Shown piece after piece: positions 43,897-54,554 of a stretch of 64,000 nt of DNA. This DNA is from Obrimoposthia wandeli. Its lineage: Eukaryota. The notes under the pieces are model-generated. The model was given only the letters and a program-made list of their open reading frames with translations, was not told the DNA's origin and searched no databases. The stretch is taken from positions 1-64,000 of the forward strand of contig CDROCS010002834.1 of assembly GCA_977020255.1 (NCBI GenBank), read 5' to 3'. The position numbers and the translations under genes were made by a program. Every line of letters begins with the position of its first letter. The stretch's first letter is position 1.

Positions 43897-44970
43897 TTAC
43901 CCTTCGCAACGATCCTTTAAGAAAGGCGTTAATTCGTTACGCGTACGACGCAATAGCGTTTCTGTATCTTCCCAGCTGATACATGCATCGGTAATAGATA
44001 CCCCGTAAGCCATTTCTTCACGCGGTAAATCAGCGCTTTGGCTACCTTCATTTAAATGGCTTTCAATCATCAAACCAATAATTGATTTATTACCTTCACG
44101 GATTTGATGAAGAACATCCTCAGCAACCAACGGCTGACGACGGTAATCTTTACGTGAATTGGCATGGCTACAGTCTACCATCAAGGATGGTACAAGACCT
44201 GACTGATGCATCTCATTTTCACACTCATTAACAGAGACAGAATCATAGTTCGTTTGCTTACCACCACGTAAAATTACATGCCCATCTGGGTTTCCTTGGG
44301 TATTTAGCAGCGCGACTTGACCTTTAGGGTTAATTCCCATGAAACGGTGCCCAGAGGCTGCAGCTTGCATCGCATTAATAGCCGTCGCCAAACTTCCATC
44401 AGTACCATTCTTAAATCCAACTGGCATTGACAGGCCACTAGCCATTTCACGGTGTGTTTGTGATTCAGTTGTACGTGCACCAATGGCTGCCCAACTGAAT
44501 AAATCACCTAAGTATTGAGGACTAATTGGGTCAAGAGCTTCTGTTGCTAAGGGGATCCCCATTTCAACCAAGTCAATTAATAGCTGACGACCAATATGTA
44601 ACCCATCTTCCACTTCAAAAGAACCATCTAGATGCGGGTCATTAATAAGCCCTTTCCAACCTACCGTTGTACGTGGCTTTTCAAAATAGACGCGCATGAC
44701 AATGTACAGTTGATCACTGAGCTCTTCAGAAAGCTGCTTCAATTTTTGTGCGTACGCTTTCGCTGCATCAATATCGTGAATTGAGCATGGTCCACATACC
44801 ACCAGTAAACGGTGGTCACGCTTGTGGGTAATATCGGCAATGGTTTGGCGAGATTCACGAATAAAATTCAGTGCTGTTTCACTGAGTGGTAATTTGGCTT
44901 TTAGTTGTTGAGGCGTGATCAATACGCATTCATCTTGAATATGTACATTATTCAGTTGGTCTTTTTGCAT
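43897..44970 (-). CDS. aroF: DAHP synthase, Tyr-sensitive type
   Basis: GPCSIHD, KPRTTVGWKGL, IGARTTESQTHRE, VDCSHANS; start MQKDQL at 44970; adjacent to tyrA. Confidence 0.93.
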   Translation of the reverse strand: MQKDQLNNVHIQDECVLITPQQLKAKLPLSETALNFIRESRQTIADITHKRDHRLLVVCGPCSIHDIDAAKAYAQKLKQLSEELSDQLYIVMRVYFEKPRTTVGWKGLINDPHLDGSFEVEDGLHIGRQLLIDLVEMGIPLATEALDPISPQYLGDLFSWAAIGARTTESQTHREMASGLSMPVGFKNGTDGSLATAINAMQAAASGHRFMGINPKGQVALLNTQGNPDGHVILRGGKQTNYDSVSVNECENEMHQSGLVPSLMVDCSHANSRKDYRRQPLVAEDVLHQIREGNKSIIGLMIESHLNEGSQSADLPREEMAYGVSITDACISWEDTETLLRRTRNELTPFLKDRCEG

Positions 44971-45100
44971 GGTGGCTTTCCTCAATCTATTCTGAGTAGT
45001 AGAAGGCAAAGCCGTTCTCACTAAATATTCAATATTTAACAGGTAGCTCCTGCTCTCTGGTTAACACCATAACAAGTGATTTCCCTCCTTGGCAATAGCC

Positions 45101-45138
45101 TGTAAAGAATAATTACCACTTGTAAACTTATATTTACA
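45101..45138. promoter_or_regulatory. Double TyrR box upstream of aroF
   Basis: Perfect TGTAAA-N6-TTTACA at 45121-45138 and weak TGTAAA-N6-TTACCA at 45101-45118, abutting the aroF -35 (TTGCCA, 45090-45095). Confidence 0.85.
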
Positions 45139-45213
45139 TCCGGACTGTTTTTTGGTTATCTGAACAAACACAGGTAACCTATCTAAAGAGCCCACTCGTT
45201 CAGCACAATTACC

Positions 45214-46962
45214 ATGGAACTGATTTTTTCATTACTACAACAGCTCAGTGTTTATTTAGTTATTGCTTACCTACTGAGTAAAACCCCATTATTTATGCCG
45301 CTTACTACAGTATCTGGCCGCTTATCCCAACGTTTTTCATGTTATGTTTTATTTTCTCTTTTTTGTATTTTAGGCACATACTTTGGCCTCAACATTGAAG
45401 ATGCTATCGCAAATACTCGCGCGATAGGTGCTGTAATGGGAGGGTTACTCGGTGGACCTATTGTGGGGTTTGCGGTGGGCTTAACTGGCGGCATGCACCG
45501 TTACAGCATGGGAGGCTTTACTGATGTTGCCTGTGCTATATCGACTACAACAGAAGGGCTACTTGGTGGGCTCTTACACAGTTATTATGTACGACGTGGA
45601 CAAGTCGACCAGCTATATAGACCTTTTATTGTATTCACCATTACATTAGTGGCTGAAATCATTCAAATGTTTATCATTTTAATCGTCGCTGAACCCTACG
45701 ATAAAGCCTTACACCTTGTTAGCGCCATTGCCTTACCAATGGTCATTGCTAACTCGTTAGGCGCCGCTTTATTTATGAGTATTATTCAGGATAGAAAAAC
45801 AATTTATGAAAAATATTCCGCTGCATTTTCCAGCCGTGCATTAAAAATAGCCCAACGCTCAGTGGGAATTTTAAGCCAAGGATTCAATGAAGAAAGTACA
45901 AAAAAAATAGCCAAAATCGTTTATGAGGAAACGGGCGTGGGCGCGGTTGCGATTACTGATAGAGATAAAATATTAGCGTTTATTGGTATCGGTGATGATC
46001 ACCATTTACCCGGCACGCCAATATCGTCTGGCTATACTCGTCGCTCTATAGATAACTGCGAATTGGTTTACGCAGATGGCTATGACATGCCTTACTGCTG
46101 CTCACTGAACAATCGCTGCAAACTGGGCTCTGCGCTCGTTATTCCCTTAGTGGGTGGAAATAACGATGTGCTAGGAACGATAAAACTGTATGAGCCAAAG
46201 CGTAAACTATTCTCTACAGTCAACCTAACGCTAGGCGAAGGTATAGCCAAATTACTCTCTAATCAAATTTTAACAGGCCGTTATGAACAACAACAAATTT
46301 TACTGACTCAGGCAGAACTACGCTTGTTGCAAGCCCAAGTGAATCCTCACTTCCTATTCAATGCTCTTAATACGATTAGCGCAATCATTCGTCGAGACCC
46401 CGATAAAGCACGCCAATTGATCCAACATCTATCACAGTTCTTCCGTCGTAATTTAAAGCAAAACATCGAAACCGTTACCATTGGCGAAGAGCTACAACAT
46501 GTTCGATCTTACTTAGAAATTGAGCTCGCACGTTTTTCGGATCGCCTAAATGTAGAGATCATTGTGCCCGATGAATTAATGAGGGTTAATTTACCGACGT
46601 TTACCCTACAACCCTTGGTTGAAAATGCCATTAAGCACGGTACTTCATCATTACTCGAGAATGGTCAAATCACTATTCGAGGGTACGTTTTTGATCATCA
46701 TTTGGTTTTGGAAGTAGAAGATAATGCTGGCTCCTACCAACCAATCAGTGAAGAAAGTGGGCTAGGCATGAAAATTGTCGATAAACGGTTGAAAAACATG
46801 TTCGGACAACAATACGGTTTAAAGATGAGTAGTCAGCCCAATATCTGGACGCGGGCGACAATTACCCTGCCAGAAGATAAAACCTTGCGACATAATGATA
46901 TTGATACAACATCTATAACAGAAAACAAACGAGATAGCAGTAATGGAGAGAACGCAGCATGA
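45214..46962 (+). CDS. btsS: LytS-family sensor kinase (BtsS/YehU type)
   Basis: 5TM-LYT domain (NTRAIG), GAF, LQAQVNPHFLFNALN, QPLVENAIKHG. Confidence 0.88.
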   Translation: MELIFSLLQQLSVYLVIAYLLSKTPLFMPLTTVSGRLSQRFSCYVLFSLFCILGTYFGLNIEDAIANTRAIGAVMGGLLGGPIVGFAVGLTGGMHRYSMGGFTDVACAISTTTEGLLGGLLHSYYVRRGQVDQLYRPFIVFTITLVAEIIQMFIILIVAEPYDKALHLVSAIALPMVIANSLGAALFMSIIQDRKTIYEKYSAAFSSRALKIAQRSVGILSQGFNEESTKKIAKIVYEETGVGAVAITDRDKILAFIGIGDDHHLPGTPISSGYTRRSIDNCELVYADGYDMPYCCSLNNRCKLGSALVIPLVGGNNDVLGTIKLYEPKRKLFSTVNLTLGEGIAKLLSNQILTGRYEQQQILLTQAELRLLQAQVNPHFLFNALNTISAIIRRDPDKARQLIQHLSQFFRRNLKQNIETVTIGEELQHVRSYLEIELARFSDRLNVEIIVPDELMRVNLPTFTLQPLVENAIKHGTSSLLENGQITIRGYVFDHHLVLEVEDNAGSYQPISEESGLGMKIVDKRLKNMFGQQYGLKMSSQPNIWTRATITLPEDKTLRHNDIDTTSITENKRDSSNGENAA

Positions 46963-47672
46963 TTAAAGCCATCGTGATTGATGACGAGCTATATGCCCGT
47001 GAAGAACTGATCGATCTTTTACTTGATAGCGGTGAAATTAATGTTATCGATAGCTGCAATAATGCCATTGAAGGGCTAAAAAAAATAAATACCCTAAAGC
47101 CTGATGTGATTTTTTTAGATATTCAAATGCCGCAAATAACCGGAATTGAAATGCTGAGTATGTTAGATCCCGATACCATGCCGAAGGTGGTTTTTGTCAC
47201 TGCCTACGATGAATATGCCCTCAGAGCCTTCGAAGACAATGCCTTTGATTATCTGTTAAAGCCGGTTGAAGTGACCCGTTTAAACAAAACCATTTATCGA
47301 TTAAAGCGAGAATGTGAGGCCAATGATTACTCACCTTTACTATCTGACATGCTGGAACTTATTCCCTGTACGGGCCATAATCGTATTTTGCTGATCCGCC
47401 CTGCTGAAATTGAGCTTGCCTATTCAGACCTGTCTGGCGTTCATGTCGTCAGTACTGATACTTCGGCAACAACACAGCTGACCTTAAAGGTATTAGAAGA
47501 AAAAACCCCTTTGATCCGTTGCCACCGCCAGTACCTGATTCATCCGCAAGCGATCCGCGAGATTAAATTGCTGGAAAATGGACTGGCAGAAATTACCACT
47601 TTGCATGGTCATCTGGTTCCTGTCAGTCGTCGCTACCTGAAAGAGCTCAAAGATCGATTTGGCTTAAATTAA
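46959..47672 (+). CDS. btsR: LytTR response regulator (BtsR/YehT type)
   Basis: FLDIQMP, VTAYDEYA, DYLLKP, RCHRQY, VPVSRRY; ATGA overlap with the kinase. Confidence 0.88.
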   Translation: MIKAIVIDDELYAREELIDLLLDSGEINVIDSCNNAIEGLKKINTLKPDVIFLDIQMPQITGIEMLSMLDPDTMPKVVFVTAYDEYALRAFEDNAFDYLLKPVEVTRLNKTIYRLKRECEANDYSPLLSDMLELIPCTGHNRILLIRPAEIELAYSDLSGVHVVSTDTSATTQLTLKVLEEKTPLIRCHRQYLIHPQAIREIKLLENGLAEITTLHGHLVPVSRRYLKELKDRFGLN

Positions 47673-48040
47673 TAGCCCGAGGTTTTGTTCATGAGGCCTC
47701 GCTGCCATTCACTTAAATACAAACCTTTTTGTTCGCGACGGAACTCACAAACACCCCAATCAAAACGCCCTTCCAGACCGAATTGATACATTTGGTCGAT
47801 AGAGCAATAACGTTTAATACCTTTGTCATACCCTTCTTGATATTGGTTAAAGTTTACTTGATGCTGAATGCCACTTTTTTCGACCTGCTGTTTTAGCGTT
47901 TCTTCGCTATCAGCTTTATGCCCCATATTACCAGCGTTATAACCCACTTGCTGCCAGTCTCCTTCAGCCATTAGTGCTTGTCGAGAAGTACAACCGATTA
48001 ATAACACAGCCATAGCTAGAACAATGATTAGTTTTTTCAC
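47669..48040 (-). CDS. Small lipoprotein, DUF2799-like
   Basis: Lipobox LIGC, DWQQVG, YQEGYDKGIKRYC. Confidence 0.65.
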   Translation of the reverse strand: MKKLIIVLAMAVLLIGCTSRQALMAEGDWQQVGYNAGNMGHKADSEETLKQQVEKSGIQHQVNFNQYQEGYDKGIKRYCSIDQMYQFGLEGRFDWGVCEFRREQKGLYLSEWQRGLMNKTSGY

Positions 48041-48146
48041 TACTACCCCTCTACTGATACCTTTATAAATATGCTTTGGATTAATAGCTTACAACCCTGC
48101 AATCAATCCAAGCTTATAGTAAAGGATAGCAGTTTAATACTTGACC

Positions 48147-48194
48147 ACCGCTTAATAGCGCTACCGACCACTCACCCTGCCATGCAACCACTCA
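48147..48194 (+). promoter_or_regulatory. Triple BtsR/YehT-type direct repeat upstream of the transporter
   Basis: ACCGCTTA (48147), ACCACTCA (48167), ACCACTCA (48187), each fitting ACC[AG]CT[CT]A. Confidence 0.75.
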
Positions 48195-48277
48195 CTGTTT
48201 TACTGCGTGCATCTATCGTCCATCACTTTACTATTGTAAGCGTTATCAAATTCCCAACATCACAGCGAGAAAACAAA

Positions 48278-49756
48278 ATGACTTGGTTCTTACTCTGCGT
48301 TGCTGCACTAATCGGTGGTTACTTCATCTACGGTGCCTTTATTGAAAAAATATTTGGCATCAATGAAAATCGCCAAACACCTGCATATAGTAAACAAGAT
48401 GGCGTAGATTATGTGCCAATGTCGAACAAGAAGGTTTACCTTGTTCAATTATTGAATATCGCGGGGGTGGGTCCGATTTTTGGTCCGATTATGGGCGCAC
48501 TATATGGCCCAGCCGCCATGTTATGGATTGTACTAGGGTGTATCTTCGCCGGCGCAGTACATGATTACTTCTCGGGTATGCTGTCGATTCGTAATAATGG
48601 TGCATCAGTACCGACGATTACGGGACGCTACCTAGGCAACGGTGCAAAACATTTTATGAATATCTTTGCTATCGTACTGTTGCTATTAGTTGGCGTGGTA
48701 TTCGTATCAGCACCTGCTGGCATGATCACTAACCTTGTCAACGAACAAACTGGTATTGATATGTCGATGACGACAATGGTTGTGATTATTTTTGCTTATT
48801 ACATCATCGCGACAATTGTTCCTGTTGATAAAATCATCGGTCGTTTCTACCCATTATTTGGCGCGTTACTTATCTTTATGTCTGTGGGGCTTATTACCGC
48901 TATCGCATTCTCTAGTGAGCACACGCTACTGGGTGATTACGAGATGAGCCAAATGTTCACTAACATGAACCCGAATGACTTGCCTCTTTGGCCTGCACTG
49001 TTTATCACTATCGCTTGTGGTGCCATCTCTGGTTTCCATGCAACCCAGTCACCACTGATGGCTCGCTGTATTCAGAATGAAAAGAATGGTCGCTTCGTAT
49101 TTTACGGCGCAATGATTGGTGAAGGTGTTATCGCATTAATCTGGTGTGCTCTGGCATTGTCTTTCTTCGGCTCTGTTGACGCGCTATCTGAAGCTATATC
49201 TACTGGCGGACCTGGTAGTGTGGTATATAACTCATCTATCGGTCTACTGGGTGTGTTTGGCGGTATTGTTGCTTTCTTAGGTGTGGTTATCTTACCGATT
49301 ACTTCTGGTGACACCGCATTCCGTTCAAGCCGTCTAATTCTTGCTGAATATTTCAAGATGGATCAGAAATCCCTGCGTAACCGCCTACTGATGGCATTAC
49401 CATTGTTTGTTCTTGGTGGCATTCTAACGCAAGTCGACTTCGGTATTATCTGGCGCTACTTCGGCTTTGCAAACCAAACAACAGCCGTAATGATGTTGTG
49501 GACAGCATCTGCTTACCTACTACGTCACAATAAACTGCACTGGGTAGCGACGGTACCGGCAATGTTCATGACAACGGTTTGTATTACCTTCATCTTAAAC
49601 AACAGCCAGCTAGGCTTTGGTTTATCGATGATGACGTCAACGATTACAGGTCTTGTCGCCATGCTAGCGATTACAGGTTACGTCATTAAGAAATCGAAAG
49701 GCAAAGGTGAAACTGACCTTGCCAATGAAGAAGATGGTAAGTTAGAAACGGTGTAA
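48278..49756 (+). CDS. cstA: CstA/BtsT-family pyruvate or peptide transporter
   Basis: RQTPA, IAGVGPIFGPI, GCIFAGAVHD, ACGAISGFH motifs; true start MTWFLL at 48278. Confidence 0.9.
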   Translation: MTWFLLCVAALIGGYFIYGAFIEKIFGINENRQTPAYSKQDGVDYVPMSNKKVYLVQLLNIAGVGPIFGPIMGALYGPAAMLWIVLGCIFAGAVHDYFSGMLSIRNNGASVPTITGRYLGNGAKHFMNIFAIVLLLLVGVVFVSAPAGMITNLVNEQTGIDMSMTTMVVIIFAYYIIATIVPVDKIIGRFYPLFGALLIFMSVGLITAIAFSSEHTLLGDYEMSQMFTNMNPNDLPLWPALFITIACGAISGFHATQSPLMARCIQNEKNGRFVFYGAMIGEGVIALIWCALALSFFGSVDALSEAISTGGPGSVVYNSSIGLLGVFGGIVAFLGVVILPITSGDTAFRSSRLILAEYFKMDQKSLRNRLLMALPLFVLGGILTQVDFGIIWRYFGFANQTTAVMMLWTASAYLLRHNKLHWVATVPAMFMTTVCITFILNNSQLGFGLSMMTSTITGLVAMLAITGYVIKKSKGKGETDLANEEDGKLETV

Positions 49757-49776
49757 GTTTTAGTTTCCCCAAAAAC

Positions 49777-49806
49777 AAAAAAACCAGCCACTAGGCTGGT
49801 TTTTTT
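49777..49806 (+). terminator. Terminator after the CstA-family gene
   Basis: AAAAAAACCAGCC-ACTA-GGCTGGTTTTTTT. Confidence 0.8.
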
Positions 49807-49944
49807 ATAGTAATGAGAAATACATTATTTACTCTTTGGGAGGTCATATTGAGTTATCGTTTGCCCGCCAGTCTTTTCCATCGACTTGTTATTCTGCTTA
49901 ATGATCGCTGAGTATTTGTTTATTCAAGCTGGTATTAATAAGAC

Positions 49945-49975
49945 AAAAAAAAGCCCACCATAAGGTGGGCTTTTT
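49945..49975 (-). terminator. Terminator after rplS
   Basis: AAAAAGCCCACC-TTAT-GGTGGGCTTTTTTTT. Confidence 0.8.
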
Positions 49976-49998
49976 CGATAAACGTCATACGTTTAAGA

Positions 49999-50352
49999 TT
50001 ACTTGCGAACAAGCTTCTCTTTGATACGTGCTGCTTTACCAGAACGCTCACGTAGGTAGTACAGTTTGGCACGACGTACTAAACCACGACGCTTAACAGT
50101 AATGCTATCAACTACTGGAGAGTGAGTTTGGAACGCACGCTCAACGCCTTCACCGTTCGAGATTTTACGAACAGTAAATGCAGAATGTAGACCACGGTTA
50201 CGCTTAGCGATAACCACGCCTTCGAACGCCTGTAGACGCTCACGGTCGCCTTCTTTTACTTTAACCTGAACAACAACTGTGTCGCCCGGTGCAAAAGTAG
50301 GTAGATCTTGTTTTAGTTGCGCGTCTTCGATCTGCTTGATGATGTTACTCAT
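49999..50352 (-). CDS. rplS: 50S ribosomal protein L19
   Basis: [33 protein letters not shown]. Confidence 0.98.
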   Translation of the reverse strand: MSNIIKQIEDAQLKQDLPTFAPGDTVVVQVKVKEGDRERLQAFEGVVIAKRNRGLHSAFTVRKISNGEGVERAFQTHSPVVDSITVKRRGLVRRAKLYYLRERSGKAARIKEKLVRK

Positions 50353-50382
50353 TGCTATATCCTAGAATAAACTGATACTAAA

Positions 50383-51132
50383 TTAAATAATGCTTGCTTT
50401 ATATTCGCGAATAAACTCCGCGAGCAAGAATTCCTGATCGTCAGTCAGAGCTAGATTTTCCAGGAGCTCTGGTCTTCTTAGCCAAGTGCGGCCCAACGAT
50501 TGTTTTAATCGCCAGCGACTAATATCCTTATGGTTTCCTGACATCAGTACTTTTGGTACTTCATGCCCATCTAACACATCAGGACGCGTGTAATGTGGAC
50601 AATCTAACAAACCATTAGCAAAAGAATCTTCTTCTGCTGACGCAAAGTCACCCAGCACGCCCGGTACAAACCGAACCACTGCATCAACTAAGGTCATGGC
50701 TGGAAGTTCACCCCCAGTCAGTACAAAATCCCCAATAGACCATTCTTCGTCTACTTCCTGTTGGATAATGCGCTCATCTACCCCTTCATATCGACCACAG
50801 ATAAGAATCAGGCTCTCACTCTGTGCTAACTCCTCAACACCAGCTTGATCAAGCTTACGGCCCTGAGGGGAGAGGTAAATCACTTTAGCCTTACCTTTTG
50901 CAGACTTTTTAGCGGTATGAATGGCATCGCGCAAAGGCTGCACCATCATTAACATACCTGGTCCACCGCCGTATGGTCGATCATCAACCGTACGGTGTTT
51001 ATCTTCCGTAAAATCACGAGGATTCCACGTATCGATAGACAAAAGGCCTTTTTTTACCGCCTGGCCTGTTACCCCAAAATTGGTAATAGAAGTGAACATT
51101 TCAGGAAAAAGGCTTATAACACCAACCCACAT
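50383..51132 (-). CDS. trmD: tRNA m1G37 methyltransferase
   Basis: [39 protein letters not shown]. Confidence 0.98.
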   Translation of the reverse strand: MWVGVISLFPEMFTSITNFGVTGQAVKKGLLSIDTWNPRDFTEDKHRTVDDRPYGGGPGMLMMVQPLRDAIHTAKKSAKGKAKVIYLSPQGRKLDQAGVEELAQSESLILICGRYEGVDERIIQQEVDEEWSIGDFVLTGGELPAMTLVDAVVRFVPGVLGDFASAEEDSFANGLLDCPHYTRPDVLDGHEVPKVLMSGNHKDISRWRLKQSLGRTWLRRPELLENLALTDDQEFLLAEFIREYKASII

Positions 51133-51158
51133 GTGTTCGCTCGCTTAATTACCAGAGG

Positions 51159-51692
51159 TTAAAATCCAGGATCCCAGTCAACTTCGATCCGCTGAGCAGT
51201 GCGATCAATTGACTTGATGACCTGCTCATCGAGGAACGGTATTAAGCGTTCCTTCTGTCCAAAAGCATCTTTCAGGTTAGCTTTCACAACTAATACATCG
51301 TTTGACCCTGTTTCCAGGATATCTGTCACTTTACCGAGGTCGTAACCTTCGGTAGTAACAACAGACATGCCATACAATTCACGCCAGTAGAATTCTTCTC
51401 CTGACAGTGCGGGTAGTTGATCGGCATGTACAGCGACCTCAGCGTTAGTGAAAATCTGTGCATCCTCACGGATGTCCAGGCCCTCTAACTTAGCCACTAT
51501 GCCCTGACCATGCTTCTTCCAGGATTCAATCTGGATTGGCTTCCATTCACCCTTAACTTTAATAAGCCAAGGTTGATAGGCGAAAATACTTTCAGACTGT
51601 TCAGTGTAGGAAAAAACCTTGAGCCAACCCTTGATACCGTAGGTGGCACCCAGTTTACCGACAACAACTAAGTCTTGGTTTTGTGAGCTCAT
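51159..51692 (-). CDS. rimM: Ribosome maturation factor RimM
   Basis: [29 protein letters not shown]. Confidence 0.97.
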   Translation of the reverse strand: MSSQNQDLVVVGKLGATYGIKGWLKVFSYTEQSESIFAYQPWLIKVKGEWKPIQIESWKKHGQGIVAKLEGLDIREDAQIFTNAEVAVHADQLPALSGEEFYWRELYGMSVVTTEGYDLGKVTDILETGSNDVLVVKANLKDAFGQKERLIPFLDEQVIKSIDRTAQRIEVDWDPGF

Positions 51693-51722
51693 AGTTCTAT
51701 ATCTCTACCTGATTTTGCTAAA

Positions 51723-51974
51723 TTAAGCAGCTGCTTTAGCAGCGTCTTTGATTAGCTTAGCTGTGCGGTCAGACACAGTTGCGCCAAGACCAACCCAGTG
51801 ATTAACACGGTCAAGATCTAGACGTAAACGCTCTTCCTGACCCTTAGCTAGCGGGTTGAAGAAACCGATTTTTTCGATGTTACGACCGTCGCGTGCGCAA
51901 CGAGAATCAGCAACAACGATTTGGTAAAATGGACGCTTCTTAGCGCCGTGACGTGCCAAACGAATGGTAACCAT
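51723..51974 (-). CDS. rpsP: 30S ribosomal protein S16
   Basis: [25 protein letters not shown]. Confidence 0.98.
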
Positions 51975-52059
51975 ATCGTCCTCTTTAGTTTTGCATTACT
52001 GTAAATAAATTGGCCCCGTCTAATAAAACGGGGCCAGTGCCATATTTTGAAGCCTCGGA

Positions 52060-52087
52060 ATTTTACTCTTTGAGCCGATGAATGCAA
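52060..52087 (-). promoter_or_regulatory. Promoter of rpsP-rimM-trmD-rplS
   Basis: TTGCAT-16 bp-TAAAAT; leader hairpin TGGCCCCGT...ACGGGGCCA at 52011-52036. Confidence 0.55.
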
Positions 52088-52153
52088 CTTATTTAGCTAC
52101 TTTTTCACCAATCAGATGAAACAAAAAATAAAAAACCGATAAATATGAACGAA

Positions 52154-53521
52154 TTAACGTCCAGGGAACATGCCACCACCAGGCATCATGCCCTTCATAT
52201 TGCGCATCATGTTCTTCATTCCACCTTTCTGCATTTTTTTCATCATCTTTTGCATCTGAGTGAATTGCTTAAGTAGGCGGTTAACATCTTGTACCTGTGT
52301 ACCAGACCCCTTTGCGATACGCTTTTTACGCGACCCTTTGATAATATCTGGACGTGAACGTTCACCTTTAGTCATGGAATTAATAATAGCTTCCATTTGT
52401 AAAAACATACGGTCGTCAACTTGATCTTTTACATTATCAGGTAGCTGAGACATGCCTGGCAATTTATCCATCATGCCGCCCATACCACCCATGTTCTTCA
52501 TTTGTTGAAGCTGGCCACGGAAGTCTTCAAGGTCAAAACCTTTCTTTTCTTTAAACTTCTTTGCTAATTCTTCTGCTTGGCTCTTATCTACATTACGTTC
52601 TAGGTCTTCGATCAGTGACAGTACATCACCCATACCCAGAATACGCGAAGCCACACGATTAGGATGGAACGGTTCTAGTGCATCGGTCTTTTCACCCACA
52701 CCCAAGAATTTAATTGGCTTACCGGTAATATGGCGCACAGATAAAGCAGCACCACCACGAGCATCACCATCGACTTTCGTCAGAATGACACCGGTTAACG
52801 GTAATGCATCATTGAAAGCTTTCGCAGTATTTGCCGCATCTTGACCTGTCATGGCGTCGACCACGAACAAGGTTTCAACCGGATTAGCCGCTTTATGAAT
52901 GTCTTTAATTTCATCCATCATCACGTCATCAACATGCAGACGACCTGCTGTATCGACAATAACGACGTCATAAAACTTCAATTTACCATGAGCAACTGCA
53001 GCGCTTACGATATCAACAGGTTTTTGTTCCGCTGATGACGGGAAGAAATCAATCCCAACATCGCTCGCTAGCGTTTCTAGCTGTTTAATCGCCGCTGGGC
53101 GGTAAACATCGGCAGAAACAACAAGAACATTTTTCTTCTCGCGTTCTTTAAGAACTTTACCTAACTTAGCAACACTGGTGGTTTTACCCGCACCTTGCAG
53201 ACCCGCCATCAAAATGACAGCTGGAGGCTGGCAAGCTAGGTCCAGCGCTTCATTTGATTCACCCATAACCGACTCAAGCTCAGCTTGAACAATTTTGATG
53301 AATTCTTGACCCGGTGTAAGGCTTTTAGATACTTCACTACCTACAGCACGCTCTTTTACGCGCTTGACGAATTCGCGAACAACTGGCAGCGCAACATCAG
53401 CTTCGAGTAACGCCATACGTACTTCACGTAGCGTATCTTTGATGTTGTCGTCCGTCAGGCGACCACGGCCACTGACATTTTTAAGCGTTCGCGATAAACG
53501 CTCCGTTAAATTTTCGAACAT
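52154..53521 (-). CDS. ffh: Signal recognition particle protein Ffh
   Basis: GLQGAGKTT, DTAGR, TKVDGDARGG, Met-rich M domain. Confidence 0.98.
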   Translation of the reverse strand: MFENLTERLSRTLKNVSGRGRLTDDNIKDTLREVRMALLEADVALPVVREFVKRVKERAVGSEVSKSLTPGQEFIKIVQAELESVMGESNEALDLACQPPAVILMAGLQGAGKTTSVAKLGKVLKEREKKNVLVVSADVYRPAAIKQLETLASDVGIDFFPSSAEQKPVDIVSAAVAHGKLKFYDVVIVDTAGRLHVDDVMMDEIKDIHKAANPVETLFVVDAMTGQDAANTAKAFNDALPLTGVILTKVDGDARGGAALSVRHITGKPIKFLGVGEKTDALEPFHPNRVASRILGMGDVLSLIEDLERNVDKSQAEELAKKFKEKKGFDLEDFRGQLQQMKNMGGMGGMMDKLPGMSQLPDNVKDQVDDRMFLQMEAIINSMTKGERSRPDIIKGSRKKRIAKGSGTQVQDVNRLLKQFTQMQKMMKKMQKGGMKNMMRNMKGMMPGGGMFPGR

Positions 53522-53670
53522 GTGCTACTCGCTCGTTACGCAATAAAATCTATATAATTACAGTTAGTATACCGCAATCCTGCATTCGCTTTCATGTTAT
53601 AGATAGCGACTATTGTTTGAGCAGGGTATAATTGCGATCTCTAACCATCTTAACTAGTTAACAGTTTACT

Positions 53671-54468
53671 ATGGATACGTTAATAGCCTTAGTGGCCGCT
53701 TGCTTTTATTTTCTCGCTCTGGGGCTTGTTGTTCCAGGCTTAACCAATAGTAATGGTATTAAAACTAAGCCAGTATTTATTGCGGCTTTAGTGGCAATAA
53801 CGTTACATGTATTGCTGTTGAAAGACTTAATTCTGGGTGGCGTAGGGCAAAACCTCAGTATATTGAATGTCGCTTCTTTGATCAGTTTGATCATTGCCAC
53901 TTTAACAACATTCGCCATGTTACGCATGCGTGTATGGTTTTTGCTTCCTGTCATCTATAGCTTTGCGGCCATTAACTTATCAGCTGCAACACTATTACCC
54001 GGTGCCTTTATTACCCATTTAGAAAGTCATCCTCAAGTCTTATTTCATATTTCTCTAGCACTATTTTCTTATTCAACACTCATGATTGCGACCTTGTATG
54101 CTATTCAATTGGCATGGTTGGATCATAAGTTAAAAAATAAGAAGAGCTTGAAGATTAACCCTAACATTCCTCCTTTAATGATGGTGGAACGTCAACTTTT
54201 CAAGATCATTTTAGTTGGTAATTCACTACTAACCGTTACACTTATTTCTGGCATCTTTTTTATTCAAGATATGCTGGCACAAGGCAAAACCCATAAAGCG
54301 GTGCTTTCTCTACTTGCGTGGGGGGTTTATAGCGTATTACTTTGGGGACACTACCAAAAAGGATGGCGCGGTCGTAGGGTGATCTGGTTTAGTTTAGTTG
54401 GTGCATTTCTTCTAACACTTGCTTACTTTGGTAGCCGTTTTGTGAAAGAAATCATAATTGGGGGCTAA
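53671..54468 (+). CDS. ypjD: Inner membrane protein, CcsA-like
   Basis: Multi-pass hydrophobic protein with HKAVLS and GWRG, divergent from ffh. Confidence 0.88.
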   Translation: MDTLIALVAACFYFLALGLVVPGLTNSNGIKTKPVFIAALVAITLHVLLLKDLILGGVGQNLSILNVASLISLIIATLTTFAMLRMRVWFLLPVIYSFAAINLSAATLLPGAFITHLESHPQVLFHISLALFSYSTLMIATLYAIQLAWLDHKLKNKKSLKINPNIPPLMMVERQLFKIILVGNSLLTVTLISGIFFIQDMLAQGKTHKAVLSLLAWGVYSVLLWGHYQKGWRGRRVIWFSLVGAFLLTLAYFGSRFVKEIIIGG

Positions 54469-54554
54469 AACCCTTTAATAATGAAGTAGTATTGACACTT
54501 ATCATTAAATAAGTACAACTGTACTTGTGAACAAAACGTTAAGGAACTAGATTT

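Noticed and set aside
48071-48277. 69-residue N-terminal extension of the CstA-family ORF
   Set aside because: It overlaps the regulator repeats and promoter; the family-like sequence starts at 48278.
49806-49945. 18-codon minus-strand ORF (MEKTGGQTITQYDLPKSK) between two terminators
   Set aside because: No ribosome-binding site or promoter, and it is boxed in by convergent terminators.
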